Program-made: the position numbers and the translations under genes
Part shown: positions 48,784 to 60,176 of the stretch, piece by piece
Numbering within the stretch: position 1 is the first letter of the stretch
Layout of the letters: every line of letters starts with the position of its first letter
The notes under the pieces: model-generated
The model's database searches: none
What the model saw: only the letters and a program-made list of their open reading frames with translations
What the model was told of the DNA's origin: nothing
Assembly (NCBI GenBank): GCA_963736855.1
Contig: CAVTQK010000021.1
Coordinates: 192,001 to 256,000, forward strand
Direction of reading: 5' to 3'
DNA: 64,000 bases
DNA from: an uncultured delta proteobacterium
GTDB taxonomy: Bacteria; Desulfobacterota; Desulfobacteria; Desulfobacterales; UBA2156

Positions 48784-49774
48784 CTATTTCTTGAACTCGA
48801 GGGTCAAGACCTCTGAATCATACGAATCATGGTCCTTGGAGTCGTCGAACAACGCCATGGCGAAGCTGTATTTCTTCGTGGGATTAAAAGCCACATCGTC
48901 ATCGTGTCCCGGTGTCTATCTTGCGGGAGAGAATTACCGTCCATGTGCCGTCGGCATAACGGCTGACGGCCTTGATGTCAGCGAACGACCCTTCCGCGGC
49001 TACCGGCATCCTGAAAGTGACGACGTCGCCGGCCTTGAAGACTGAATAGTCGGTGATTTCAACTGCGTCCGCCGCCAGCAGGATGCCGTTCTTGCCGAAT
49101 TTCTTGCCCGGGGCAAGCATGTACATGGGTTTGGACTTGTCAGTGGTCATGTTTTGCTTGTCGCCGCCCTTGCCGTCATCCCCCTTACGGCCGCCCTTGG
49201 TGTCGCTGATTTTGGCCAGGTAGCCGTCATCGGCGTAGCCGGCAGGGTCGGAGCGGGCCGCCTTCCAGTGCCACAGGTCGCCTTTCTCGGCATCGGTCGC
49301 GGTCCCGAACTTGCCCTCCTTGGCGTTGGGCGCTCCCGGCGGGACGTGGCACGTCACCGCGCAGCCCTTGGTGGCGAAGTTGTTGATGCGGTTGATCTCG
49401 AACAGAAGCGAAATCCGGTCCTCGTCGCCCTTCAAGTGGGTCCAGGCCTTCCCGTCGAACTTCCAGGCCTCCTTGGTCATGCTCTGGGTGGCATCTTTCC
49501 AGTTGAACCAAAGGTAGATTTCATTGTCCGTAAAGACGGCTTTGGTGTTCACAGCCGTTTTTTTGCCCGCGAATATCTCCTTGCCGTCGAAGGGCACCTC
49601 GAGCGCCTTGATTTTCACCCACACGGGGTCATCCAGACCGGTGGGGGCGGCTTTCGAGTAAGCGGCGGTCAAGGTCTGTTTGGCGGCCCCAGTGACGTTG
49701 TTTGAGAAAAAAACCAAGCCAAGTACGCTCAGCAGGACACACGTCAGGACACCCAGTTTCATTGGTTTCTGCAT
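48784..49774 (-). CDS. EbdC/EB_dh-related heme-binding periplasmic protein 1, one apparent +1 frameshift near 48908
   Basis: Paralog of 46516 gene (EDRISLLF, GCAVTCH, DLWHWKAAR). Removing one G restores DTGHDDDVAFNPTKKYSFAMALFDD...LEFKK*. Confidence 0.75.
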
Positions 49775-49808
49775 CGAATACCTCCTTCGGCCCGATGCCG
49801 GGCGCGGG

Positions 49809-50321
49809 TTAAAGTGTAATTTGAACCAACAGCTTGCCCTCTTCTACCTTGTGCGGAAGGAGCGAAAGCGGCTTTTTCGGCGGTCCGGATGCCGGTTGTC
49901 CTTCCGGGTCGAACCGGCCGGTGTGGCAAGGGCACTCGAACATTCGGGTGTCTTTTCTCCAGATGACATTGCAGGCCAGATGCGAACAGATTGAAGAAAA
50001 GACTTTGACGCCGTGCTGGGCATCGGCCTTGGCCCAGACAAACCCCCGCTGTGGGAGGTCAACCCAGCCGTCCTTCACCATGAACTCAAAGGACAGCATG
50101 CTGAAATCATTCGGGGTCAGCATGTCTGCTTTGCCGAAATCGACCCATTTGCCGACGCCTTTTTTAAGAGAGGGGATAACAATGGTCGACACCATGGGGA
50201 TGGCCGCCAGAACGGCCGCGCCGCCTGCTAGAACAGAAGTCGTGATGAAGGTGCGGCGCGAAATGTTGAACTGATTTTCCACCGTGGGTTTTTGAGGAAG
50301 GGTGAGAGGGTTCTCGGCCAT
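49809..50321 (-). CDS. Rieske [2Fe-2S] protein with Tat signal anchor
   Basis: SRRTFI twin-arginine motif, CSHLAC and CPCHTG boxes, SGPP. Confidence 0.92.
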   Translation of the reverse strand: MAENPLTLPQKPTVENQFNISRRTFITTSVLAGGAAVLAAIPMVSTIVIPSLKKGVGKWVDFGKADMLTPNDFSMLSFEFMVKDGWVDLPQRGFVWAKADAQHGVKVFSSICSHLACNVIWRKDTRMFECPCHTGRFDPEGQPASGPPKKPLSLLPHKVEEGKLLVQITL

Positions 50322-50790
50322 GGCTATCCTGTTCTAGTTGATAGGGGCTCGCTTTTGGGGGGTCATCGGTTGCCTGAGGGCTTGATTGTGGTCCGGCTGC
50401 CTGCTTGCCCCAACATATGGGAACGCTGCTTCGCCCCCGACAACGGTCAGACCGATATCACCCACTTCCGTGGTTGTCAACAATGAACATGCGTCCGCAG
50501 AAATTCTCGGTGACTGGTTCCATGTGATTAAGCGAGGGACGAGGTAGGGGTCATCGGAAATTCCCCCACATATGGTGCATCGATGATTTAAGATTCATGG
50601 CCCGGGTCGCGTTTCGGTCGGTTGTATTCGGTTCCGAGGCTACTCCCGGTTGTGGTTCGGCAACTGCGCAGCACCTCCTCTGCACCGAGAAAGACCATAC
50701 CAGCGCATGCCAAAAAGCTTGGGGAGCTTCCCGACAGGCCCTGCTCAGCCATCCGCGCGGAGCAAAGAAAGAAATCTTCGGGAGGCCTGA

Positions 50791-53463
50791 TCAGGCGGCT
50801 TTCTCGATCCTCACGGCGCAAATTTTGTATTCGGGGATTTTCGACACGGGATCAAGCGCACCAATGGTTAACTTGTTCACCGCCGCTTCATAGAAATGGA
50901 ACGGCACAAAAGCAACGCCACGATCAGTAGTGTCCGAAACCAGAGTCTTTATTCTCAATCTTCCCCGTCTTGAGACGATATTGACGTATTCTCCGCTCGC
51001 AACACTCAGCGCCTTCGCGTCCTCCACATTGATCTCCGCCAATGCTTCGGGATAAAGACGATTCAAAGCGGTTCCTTTGCGACTCATCGTTCCCGTATGA
51101 TAATGCTGATGCACCCGCCCTGTCGTCAAAACGAACGGATATTCCGCATCGGGAAGCTCGGCGGGCGCTTTATAATCGATGGCGAAAAACGATCCTTTTC
51201 CCTTGGTAAAGCCTTTCATGTGCAGGACTGGAGTGCCTGGATGTTCCAGTGTTGGACACGGCCATGTCAAGCTTTCTTGATCAAGCCGATCATAAGTAAT
51301 ACCGCCATAACTTGGGGTAAGAGCATTGATTTCCGTCATGATTGCGGAGGGGTCCGCATAGTCCATCTCATATCCCATTTCCTTGGCAATGGCGGTGATA
51401 ATACGATGATCTTCCCAGGCTTCTCCGGGAGCATCCAATGCCTTGCGCACCCGCAACACCTTGCGCTCGGTGTTCGAGAAGGTCCCCTCCTTTTCAGCAA
51501 AACACGCACTGGGGAGAACCACGTCGGCAAGCTTGGCCGTCTCCGTTAAAAAAATGTCCTGCACAACAAGGAAATCCAATGCCGACAGGCTCTTTTCAAC
51601 ATGGTGCATATCGGCATCGCTCAGCATCGGGTTTTCGCCCATGATGTACAAGGCCTTAATGCCTTTCCCGGCTGCCGGAACCATCTCGGTAACGGTCATG
51701 CCAACTTTTCCCGGGAGTGAGGGCACCTTCCAGGCTTTGGCGAATTTGTCTCGTATGGCAGCATCGGTTACGGCCTGATATCCTGAAAAAACATTGGGCA
51801 AGCCGCCCATATCACATGCGCCCTGAACGTTGTTTTGGCCGCGAAGCGGATTGACACCGCCGCCCGCAACCCCGACATTTCCGCAGAGCATTGCCAAGGC
51901 GGCAAGAGACTTTACGTTGTCCGTGCCGGTGGTATGCTGGGTTATACCCATAGTGTATAGAATCGACCCGGGTTTTTCTGTTCCATACAACCGCGCCGCG
52001 GCAATCATAGCTTCTGCCGGAATACCCGTAATGCCGGACACATAATCAGGCGTATATTTAGCGACACACTGCTTGAGTTCTTCATAACCGGTTGTACGCT
52101 CATCAATGTAGCTCTGTGCTTGAAGGTTCTCATTGATGATTACATTCATAAAACCGTTTATCCAGGCCACATCTGTGCCGATTCTCTGACGCAGCCATAG
52201 ATGGCAAATATCCACCAGCTTGATCCTTCTCGGATCGACGACAATCAGCTTGGCACCGTTCTTCGTGACGGCTTCATGAATGTAGTTGGCAATAATAGGA
52301 TGGTTTGACGTGGTATTGGTACCGGTAATGAGAATGACCTTTGACTTCAATACATCCTGGAAGGGATTGGTCATCGCTCCGCTTCCAAACGTGGCGGCAA
52401 GCCCTGCCACCGTTGAGGAGTGTCAGAGACGGGCGCAGTGATCCACATTGTTGGTGCCGATCACCGCGCGCATGAATTTCTGAAACAGATAATTTTCTTC
52501 GTTGGTGCATCGAGCAGAAGAAAAACCCCCGATGGCGTCGGGACCATGATCGCTTTTGATCTGGCTGAACCTTCTGGCGATCAGGTCAAGGGCTTCATCC
52601 CAGCTGGCTGATTCGAACTGACCATTCCTCTTGATAAGCGGCGTGGTCAGTCGCTGATCACTAGCGATGAATTCATAGCCGAATCGGCCTTTGACGCACA
52701 GGCTGCCCTTATTGACGGCCACATCGCTCTTTCCGACCACACTCGCCACCCGATTGTCGAGAACATTGAGTTCGATTTGACACCCGCAACCACAATAGGT
52801 GCAGGTGGTGACCACCTTTTTGGTGACGAACCCTCTCGCCTTGAGTGGGCTGAGGTTCTCGGTCAGCGCCCCGGTCGGACAAACCTGCAAACATTCTCCG
52901 CAAGACACGCACTTCTCGGGATCCACCGTCAGTTTCAGCACCCCATCGGTATCGACAAATTCCAGCGCCCCCACACCCTTGATTTCTCGACAGGCGGAGG
53001 CGCAACGCTGGCAAAAGACGCAACGATCGCGCCAGTATTTAATCAAGGGAGTGGCATAGGCCACCTCAACCCTCTCCTTGGGCTCCTCATAGGCATCTGC
53101 TCTGACTCCTAATTCGAACACCAGATCCTGCAGCTTACAGGCACCGGCCTTGTCGCAGATCGGGCAATCCAGGGGATGATGGGCCAAGAGGTGCTGCAAG
53201 GATTTCCGCCGCATATCGGCGAGCATGTCCGAATTGGTCGCCACCGCCATACCGTCGGCCACCGAAGTCTTGCAGGCTTCCACCGGGGTGTCTTTGCCTT
53301 CGACTTCGACCACGCAGAGTTTGCAGGAGCCTATTGGATTCAATCGTTCATGGTAGCATAGGGTCGGTATCTTGATCCCCGCGTTCTTGGCCGCTTGCAG
53401 AATTGTGCTATCCTGCTGAGCGATGACTTCGTGACCGTCAATTGTCAACTTGACTGTGCTCAT
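50791..53463 (-). CDS. fdhA: Selenocysteine-containing formate dehydrogenase alpha subunit (Mo/W-bisPGD) with NuoG-like N-terminal Fe-S module, 890 aa
   Basis: The two ORFs are in the same frame, separated only by TGA at 52423-52425 in DHCARL-U-HSSTVAGLA. IPTLC, HPLDCPICDKAGAC, 2x CxxCxxC, CTYCGCGC, LRGQNNVQG, PEYK. No signal peptide. Confidence 0.92.
52393..52411 (-). promoter_or_regulatory. Bacterial SECIS hairpin
   Basis: GGTGGCA-GGGCT-TGCCGCC stem-loop beginning 11 nt after the UGA, same geometry as the E. coli fdhF SECIS. Confidence 0.8.
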
Positions 53464-53579
53464 TTTTATTTGCTCTCTTCGCTACCTGTTTATCACTCAC
53501 CCAAGACCTGCCGCCAAGCCTCGGCCCAGTTCGTGTCGGCTAATGATCCACAATCATTCCCGGAACCTTGGGCTTAGGC

Positions 53580-55058
53580 TTACAGCAAGGTCAGAAAGGA
53601 CAGTTTGACCATGGCAATATAAGTGGATGGAAAGAGCCCCAGCGACAACACACCATAAGCTGAAATGAAGATCGCGATCACCAGGGCCGGCGAAAACACG
53701 CTTGCCGGCATTTCTTTCTCGACGGCCGCTTCTGGAGCCTGCATATACATGGCAACGGTCACCCGAAGATAATAGTAAACCGACACCACGCTGTTGATCA
53801 CCCCAATAACGGCAAGGCCCACAAAACCTTCCTTGATCGCGGCGGAAAAGATATAGAACTTGCCCATAAAACCACCTGTGGGCGGAATCCCTGCCAGGGA
53901 AAACAAGAACAGGCTCATGGCCAGAGCTGCGATCGGATGCCGGTAACCGAGTCCCCTGAAATCTTCAATGTGGACTCTTTGTTCGCCCTTGCCGGCAAGC
54001 ACGGTGATCACCGCGAAGGCCCCGATATTCATACAGGTGTAGGCGAGCATGTAATAGAGGATGCTGGTGATCCCCTGCTCGCCTGCCGACAGGAATGCTA
54101 CCAGCACATAGCCAGCGTGGGCGATGCTCGAATAAGCGAGCATCCGCTTGATATTGTCTTGCACCAGGGCAATCACATTGCCGACGCTCATGGTCAGCAC
54201 GGCCATCACCCAGATCAGCATGGTCCAGTTGGTCTGCAGGGACGGCAGCGCTTCCATGAAGATCCGCACAAATGCGGCGAACGCCGCCGCCTTGGGCCCG
54301 GCGGACATGAACGCCGTAACCGGGGCGGGAGCGCCTTCATACACGTCCGGGGCCCACATGTGAAACGGCACCGAGGCAGTTTTGAAGCCGAAACCGATCA
54401 CCAGCAGTGCCATCCCCATGACGATGGTGGGCCCGCCGAAGCCGGCGGCGGCGATATACTTGGCAATGGCTGGAATCTTGGTGGTGCCGGTAGACCCATA
54501 GATCAGCGCGATGCCGTAAAGCAGAAAGCAGGTCGCAAACGAGCCAAGCAAAAAGTACTTCAGGGCCGCTTCGTTGGACACCATGCGGGTACGAGTATAT
54601 CCGGCCAGCACATAGAGCGATATCGACATCAGCTCAACCCCGAGAAAAATGGTGATCAATTCGGCTCCGCTCGCCATGATCATCATCCCCAGGGTCGCAA
54701 AAATGATGAGCGCATAATACTCACCATGTTGCATAGCTTCGTTATCCAAATACCTGATGGAAATGAGGATGGTCAGTCCAGTGCCGAGCAGAAAGATCAA
54801 TTTGAAAAAGCGGCAGTAATTGTCCACCACCCACATGTCATTGAAGGAATACGCGATTTCCCGGAGCTCGAAGCTCTGGGGCTGGGTTAAAACCACCGTA
54901 ACGGCGCCTATCACCCCGATCAGACTGACATAGCCGTAATAGCCCCTGAGCCTTGTGGGGGCAAAAGATTGGATCAACAGAATCAGCAACGAACAAACCA
55001 CCAGAATCAACTCTGGAGCTATGGCGCTCAAATTGATGCTGCTCATGACCTGTTCCAT
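53580..55058 (-). CDS. nuoN: NADH:quinone oxidoreductase subunit N
   Basis: SNEAALKYFLLG, PFHMWAPDVYEGAP, IKRMLAYSSIAHAGY, SLAGIPP, YYYLR. Confidence 0.93.
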   Translation of the reverse strand: MEQVMSSINLSAIAPELILVVCSLLILLIQSFAPTRLRGYYGYVSLIGVIGAVTVVLTQPQSFELREIAYSFNDMWVVDNYCRFFKLIFLLGTGLTILISIRYLDNEAMQHGEYYALIIFATLGMMIMASGAELITIFLGVELMSISLYVLAGYTRTRMVSNEAALKYFLLGSFATCFLLYGIALIYGSTGTTKIPAIAKYIAAAGFGGPTIVMGMALLVIGFGFKTASVPFHMWAPDVYEGAPAPVTAFMSAGPKAAAFAAFVRIFMEALPSLQTNWTMLIWVMAVLTMSVGNVIALVQDNIKRMLAYSSIAHAGYVLVAFLSAGEQGITSILYYMLAYTCMNIGAFAVITVLAGKGEQRVHIEDFRGLGYRHPIAALAMSLFLFSLAGIPPTGGFMGKFYIFSAAIKEGFVGLAVIGVINSVVSVYYYLRVTVAMYMQAPEAAVEKEMPASVFSPALVIAIFISAYGVLSLGLFPSTYIAMVKLSFLTLL

Positions 55059-55085
55059 AAATTATCGCCCTTGACCCTTGGCAAG

Positions 55086-56651
55086 CTATTGAAGGTCCAC
55101 TCTCGCAAACACATTGTTCAGCCGGCTCGGCTTAGCTCCGTCCAGGTGAGCAGTTATCTGCGGGTTCACCATCTCCAGGAGATGATCCACGGAAGCGTCC
55201 ATCGTCTTCAAAAACGGTTTAGGATATACGCCTATCCAGACAATGAACAAAACGATGGGCAGCAAATAGGCATATTCCCGCCCGGTCATGTCCTTCAGGT
55301 CCCGATTCTCAGCCTTGGTGATTTGGCCGTACATGACCCGCTTATACATCCACAGAAGGTACACCGCACCCAGGATCAAACCGATGGTGGCAACCAAACC
55401 ATAGCCCAGCGACGACTTGAAGGCACCTATCAGAATCAACAGTTCACCGACGAAGCCGTTGAGTCCGGGCACACCCATCGAGGACAAAGCCACCAGCAAG
55501 AACAGGGCCGCGAACGCCGGCATGACTTTCATGATTCCGCCGTATTCCGAAATGAGCCGGGTGTGGCGCCGTTCGTACAACATCCCAACAATCAAGAACA
55601 GTGCGCCGGTGCTCAAACCGTGGTTGATCATCTGGATCATGCTGCCCTTTAAACCGTCAGCGTTCAGAGCGAACATTCCCAGCATGCAGTAACCCAGATG
55701 ACTGACGCTTGAGTAGGCCACCAGCTTCTTGATGTCGTCCTGAGCGATGGACACCATCGCGCCGTAAATGATCCCCACCACTGACAGAGCCAGGACGATG
55801 GGCATGAAATCGATTGTGGCCTGCGGGAAAATCGGCAGGCAAAAGCGCAGAAATCCATAAATTCCCATCTTCAGCAACACTCCGGCCAGAATCACACTCC
55901 CCGCCGTGGGCGCTTCCACGTGGGCATCGGGAAGCCAGGTGTGGAACGGGAACATCGGCACCTTGATGGCAAAAGCCACAAAGAATGCCAGGAACAGCCA
56001 TATTTGAATGTTGCCCGGCAGACCCAGATTATAATAGTCGAGGATATCGAAGGTGTAGGTCCCGGTGGCCTTAAAGTGCATGAAGTAAAGGACCAGAATG
56101 GCCACCAGCATCAGCACGCTGCCGCTCATGGTGTATATGAAAAACTTGACCGCCGCGTAGATTCGCCGTGGCCCACCCCAGATCCCGATGATGAAATACA
56201 TGGGGATCAACATCACTTCCCAGAACACGTAAAAAAGGACGAAATCCAGCGCACAGAACACGCCGATCATCCCGGTTTCCAGGAACAGCAGGGAGGCCAT
56301 GTAGCCTTTCACCCTCTCCGTCACCGCCGTCCAGGTCGAAAGGATGGCCAGGGCGGTGAGAAAGGTGGTAAGCAGGACCAGCAACAGACTGATCCCGTCG
56401 ATGCCCATATGATAGCGAATGGCGAACTGGCTGATCCAGGGAACGTCTTCCACGAATTGCATTTCCCAGGTCCCGCTATCGAACATGAAATAGAGCGGCA
56501 GGGAAACCACAAAGGTTACCACGCTGGTACTGAATGCCACCCATCGTATCAGTTCATGGCGGGTGCTCTTGATCAGACAGATCGCAACAATCCCCACCAG
56601 GGGCAGATAGGTGATCAAGGACAAAATCGGCAAATTAATTATATTTATCAT
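55086..56651 (-). CDS. nuoM: NADH:quinone oxidoreductase subunit M
   Basis: [48 protein letters not shown]. Confidence 0.93.
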   Translation of the reverse strand: MINIINLPILSLITYLPLVGIVAICLIKSTRHELIRWVAFSTSVVTFVVSLPLYFMFDSGTWEMQFVEDVPWISQFAIRYHMGIDGISLLLVLLTTFLTALAILSTWTAVTERVKGYMASLLFLETGMIGVFCALDFVLFYVFWEVMLIPMYFIIGIWGGPRRIYAAVKFFIYTMSGSVLMLVAILVLYFMHFKATGTYTFDILDYYNLGLPGNIQIWLFLAFFVAFAIKVPMFPFHTWLPDAHVEAPTAGSVILAGVLLKMGIYGFLRFCLPIFPQATIDFMPIVLALSVVGIIYGAMVSIAQDDIKKLVAYSSVSHLGYCMLGMFALNADGLKGSMIQMINHGLSTGALFLIVGMLYERRHTRLISEYGGIMKVMPAFAALFLLVALSSMGVPGLNGFVGELLILIGAFKSSLGYGLVATIGLILGAVYLLWMYKRVMYGQITKAENRDLKDMTGREYAYLLPIVLFIVWIGVYPKPFLKTMDASVDHLLEMVNPQITAHLDGAKPSRLNNVFARVDLQ

Positions 56652-56655
56652 AGAC

Positions 56656-58423
56656 TCATATCAAGGAAGTAAATAAGTAGTAGCCGAGGATGACGACGCC
56701 GCCAATCAGCATCGTCGCCGCATAATTCCGAACCAGTCCGCTGGCGGTAACGCGGATCACGCCCGCCAGGCCAATGAAAAACTGAGCGACACCGTTAACC
56801 AACCCATCGATCGCACGGACATCGATAATCCGCGCGAGAAAACCGGAGAAGAACAGAGTGAAGCGGGTGAACCAGGTATCGTAAATGTTGCCCAAATAGC
56901 TATCGCTCGAAGCCAGCGGCTTTCTCGCGATCCACATGAATACCCGGCTTCCCTTGCGGTATACCCAATCGGTATCGATGCTGATGGTGGGTTCCGGATC
57001 GAGCTTTTTGAGCAGCATGAAAAAGCCCAGACCGGTGAACAGGAGGATACCCAAGGCGCTGGTTACATGATCACCGGTATAAGGTTCGAAGTGCACCGGA
57101 AAGGGAAGCAGGTTGTACAGCGGCCCGGGAAGCACACCGATCCCGATGCAAAAGAAGGCCGCCATGCCCATGGCCAGCAGCATATTAAGCGGCGGTTCCT
57201 TGGCTTCCAACCCGGAATCTTTACCAAAAAACATGTAGTAGGGAAGCTTCAAACCCGTGTGCAGGAATGTACCGGATGAGGCCATGGTCAGCAGTAGGGC
57301 CACCATCGGCCGATGGTCATGAGTGGCGCCGGAAACCACCATCGACTTGGTGACAAATCCACTGAACAAGGGGAAGGCCGAGATCGCAAACCCGCCGATC
57401 ATATAGAGCACCAACGTGATCGGCATGGTTCGGTACAAGCCTCCCAGTTCGGTGAGTTTCCTGCGCCCTGTCATTTCGATCACCGCGCCGGCTCCCATAA
57501 AAAGGAGGCCCTTATAGAGGATGTGGGCGAAGGCGTGGGACACCGAACCGTTCAGGGACATCTCCGTGCCGATCCCGACTCCGGCCACCATGTACCCGAC
57601 CTGACTGACTATGTGGTACGCCAGCAACCGTCTGCAGTCGTTTTCCAGCACCGCGTAAACAACCCCGTACAGGGCCATGATCGTTCCCAGATACACCAGC
57701 AGTTCAGTGCCTGGGAAAGACCCGCACCAAAACGTACACAGCCGTTTTGGTGGTGAATGCCGACATGAACACCGATCCGGTTACGGTCCCTTCCGGATAG
57801 GCATCGGTCAGCCAGGCGTGCAGCGGTGGCACCGCGGCATTTATAATAACCCCCACCAGCATCAGGTAGAAGGCCAGGCTGCCGTCTTGATCGAGAGGGC
57901 CCACCAGCATCGACTTGGTGCTGAGATAGTGGAGGATAATCCCTCCAAGCAGACACACACCGCCGAAGGTGTGCACCAGCAGGTACCGGTAACCGGCCCG
58001 GATCGCATCAGGTTCACGCCGGGCAAACACCAGATAGGCGGAAGCGAAGGCCATCAGTTCCCAGAATACGAACAGGGTCAAGTAATCCCCGGCGAACGTC
58101 ACCCCCAGCGCCCCTCCCACGTACAGGAAAGCGGCCACGTGCTGGCCCTGATCGTTCACGTGCAGGGCATACACGATGCCGATGAACGACATAATGGCGA
58201 AGACCCAGCCGAACACGATGCTGAGCTTGTCCACGGCACCGAAGGTCAGCACCATGCCAAGAAAGTCCCAGGACCAGAAGGTGCCCGCGGACATGGCGAA
58301 CACAGAAGCGACCCCGAGCAGGGGGATCAGCATCAGATAGGCTTTCCGCACCTTCCCGCGCAGAAATGGGATGAGAGCTGCTCCGAAAATGTAGAATACG
58401 GACGGGTGGAACCAATCAGTCAT
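56656..58423 (-). CDS. Mrp/NuoL-type antiporter-like subunit with NuoL-like C-terminal tail, one apparent +1 frameshift near 57712
   Basis: [35 protein letters not shown]-terminal [11 protein letters not shown]...SGLVRNYA. Removing one C gives [11 protein letters not shown]. Confidence 0.8.
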
Positions 58424-58673
58424 TGTAGTAATCCTCGCCCCGCATGACGCCGCACTGGTGGCCGATGAATTTAGAGACCAGAACGATAACAGCGCAGGCC
58501 ACAAACCCGTACAAGGCGCCCCATCCGGGCATCTTATCCCAGATATACATGGCATGCTCCCGGTGAACCAGAAAGTCCGCTACTACTGTAAGCCCCAGAG
58601 CCACGTAACTGAGCTTTTTCAAAGTGCCGGCATTTGCTGGGTTGCCTATGTAAAGGACGACCCTCTTGATCAT
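58416..58673 (-). CDS. Small two-TM membrane protein of the complex I-like operon
   Basis: 85 aa, PGWGALYGFVAC, MRGEDYY. Overlaps both neighbours. Confidence 0.75.
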   Translation of the reverse strand: MIKRVVLYIGNPANAGTLKKLSYVALGLTVVADFLVHREHAMYIWDKMPGWGALYGFVACAVIVLVSKFIGHQCGVMRGEDYYND

Positions 58674-60169
58674 CGGATCACCTCCCTGGCGAGACTCAGA
58701 AAGTAGTCGGGGAATATCCCGATCAATAGTGAGATGGTCGCAGTCAGCACCAGCGGCACCACCACCATCTTGATTTCCCTGACGTCCTCATGTTCGTGAT
58801 GGTCATGACCGGAGCCAGTGGCCACCGCCGCCACTCCCTTGTCCTTTTCGAAGAAGGCCTTGTAAGTGATGGGCAGAAAATAGGCTGCATTCAGGACCGT
58901 GCTGGCCAGCAAGACCATTAGTATGGGCACCGATCCGGACTCGATTGACCCCAGGGCCAGAAACCATTTGGTCGTGAACCCGGCGGCAGGGGGCACCCCG
59001 ATCATGCTGAGGGAGGCGATGAAAAACGCCGCCATGGTCCAGGGCATCTTCTTTCCGATACCGGAGAGTTGGCTGATTTCGGTCTTGTGCGCGCTGCAGT
59101 AAAGGGAACCGGCACAGAAAAACAGGGTGATCTTGGAAAAAGCGTGATTGGCGATGTGCATGATACCCCCCACCATGCCGCTCGGCGTCAGCAAGACCGC
59201 CCCCAGGATAACGTAGGAGAGCTGGCTCACGGTCGAATAGGCGAGCCGCGCCTTCAGGTTGTCCTTGGTGAGGGCGATGATCGAAGCGGTGATTATGGTG
59301 AAGGAGACCACATAAGCCGCGGTAATGCCGAGGTTGATGCGGCTCATCAAATCAATGCCATAAACGTTGAACACCACCCGCAGGATCGAAAACACCCCGA
59401 CCTTCACCACGGCCACCGCATGGAGCAGAGCACTGACCGGGGTCGGCGCCACCATGGCGGACGGCAGCCAGTTGTGGAAAGGCATCACCGCGCCTTTGGC
59501 GAACCCGAACAGGAACAAGAAGAAACCGACGAACAGGAGCCACGATCCCGGCTGATTGCTCAGCAGCCCATGGCGCTGGAAATCCGTCGTACCCGCCACC
59601 ATGTAAACGATGATGATACCGGACAGCAGAAAGGTCTTGGACATACCGAGCAGGTACAGGAAGTATTTCTTCGCCCCTTCCTGGGCTTCCGGCGTTTCCT
59701 TGTGACCGACCAGGGGCACCGTAGCCAGACTCAGGATTTCGTAGAAAGCGAACAGGGTCACCAGATTGGCGGAAAAGGCGACGCCCATGGTGGCCGACAT
59801 GCTGACCGCGAAGCAGCTATAGTAGCGGGTCTGTGCATGCTCCTTGCCGGCCCGCATGTAACCGATGGAGTAGCAGGTGGTAACGATCCAGAGGAACGAT
59901 GAAACCGTCGCAAATAGCAGGCCGAAGGCGTCGACTCGGAACTTGATATCGATCCCCTGGTAGAAGCCGCTCACCAGGGTGTATTCGATGTTGTGCCCGG
60001 AAAAGATAGCCGGCGCCATGGACATGACGATGGAAAATTTCACGACGCCGGCAAGGATGGACCAGAACTCGCGCACATTGGGCCGATCCGCGGTCCCCAG
60101 AATCAGTGGCACCGAAAGAAGAGACGCCAGCACGGCCAGCAATGGTTTTATGGACAGAATGGTTTCCAC
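58670..60169 (-). CDS. MrpD-like antiporter subunit (extra proton-pumping module)
   Basis: YSIGYM, FYEIL, PFHNWLPSAMVAPTPVSALLHAVAVVK, LAYSTVSQLSY, HAFSKITLFF. Confidence 0.85.
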   Translation of the reverse strand: METILSIKPLLAVLASLLSVPLILGTADRPNVREFWSILAGVVKFSIVMSMAPAIFSGHNIEYTLVSGFYQGIDIKFRVDAFGLLFATVSSFLWIVTTCYSIGYMRAGKEHAQTRYYSCFAVSMSATMGVAFSANLVTLFAFYEILSLATVPLVGHKETPEAQEGAKKYFLYLLGMSKTFLLSGIIIVYMVAGTTDFQRHGLLSNQPGSWLLFVGFFLFLFGFAKGAVMPFHNWLPSAMVAPTPVSALLHAVAVVKVGVFSILRVVFNVYGIDLMSRINLGITAAYVVSFTIITASIIALTKDNLKARLAYSTVSQLSYVILGAVLLTPSGMVGGIMHIANHAFSKITLFFCAGSLYCSAHKTEISQLSGIGKKMPWTMAAFFIASLSMIGVPPAAGFTTKWFLALGSIESGSVPILMVLLASTVLNAAYFLPITYKAFFEKDKGVAAVATGSGHDHHEHEDVREIKMVVVPLVLTATISLLIGIFPDYFLSLAREVIR

Positions 60170-60176
60170 GTTTTCG

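Noticed and set aside
50700..50712. Sigma54 promoter (minus-strand TGGCATG)
   Set aside because: No TTGC at the -12 position.
52410..52425. fdh pseudogene or two-gene split
   Set aside because: The stop is an in-frame UGA at the catalytic Cys/Sec position with a SECIS hairpin.
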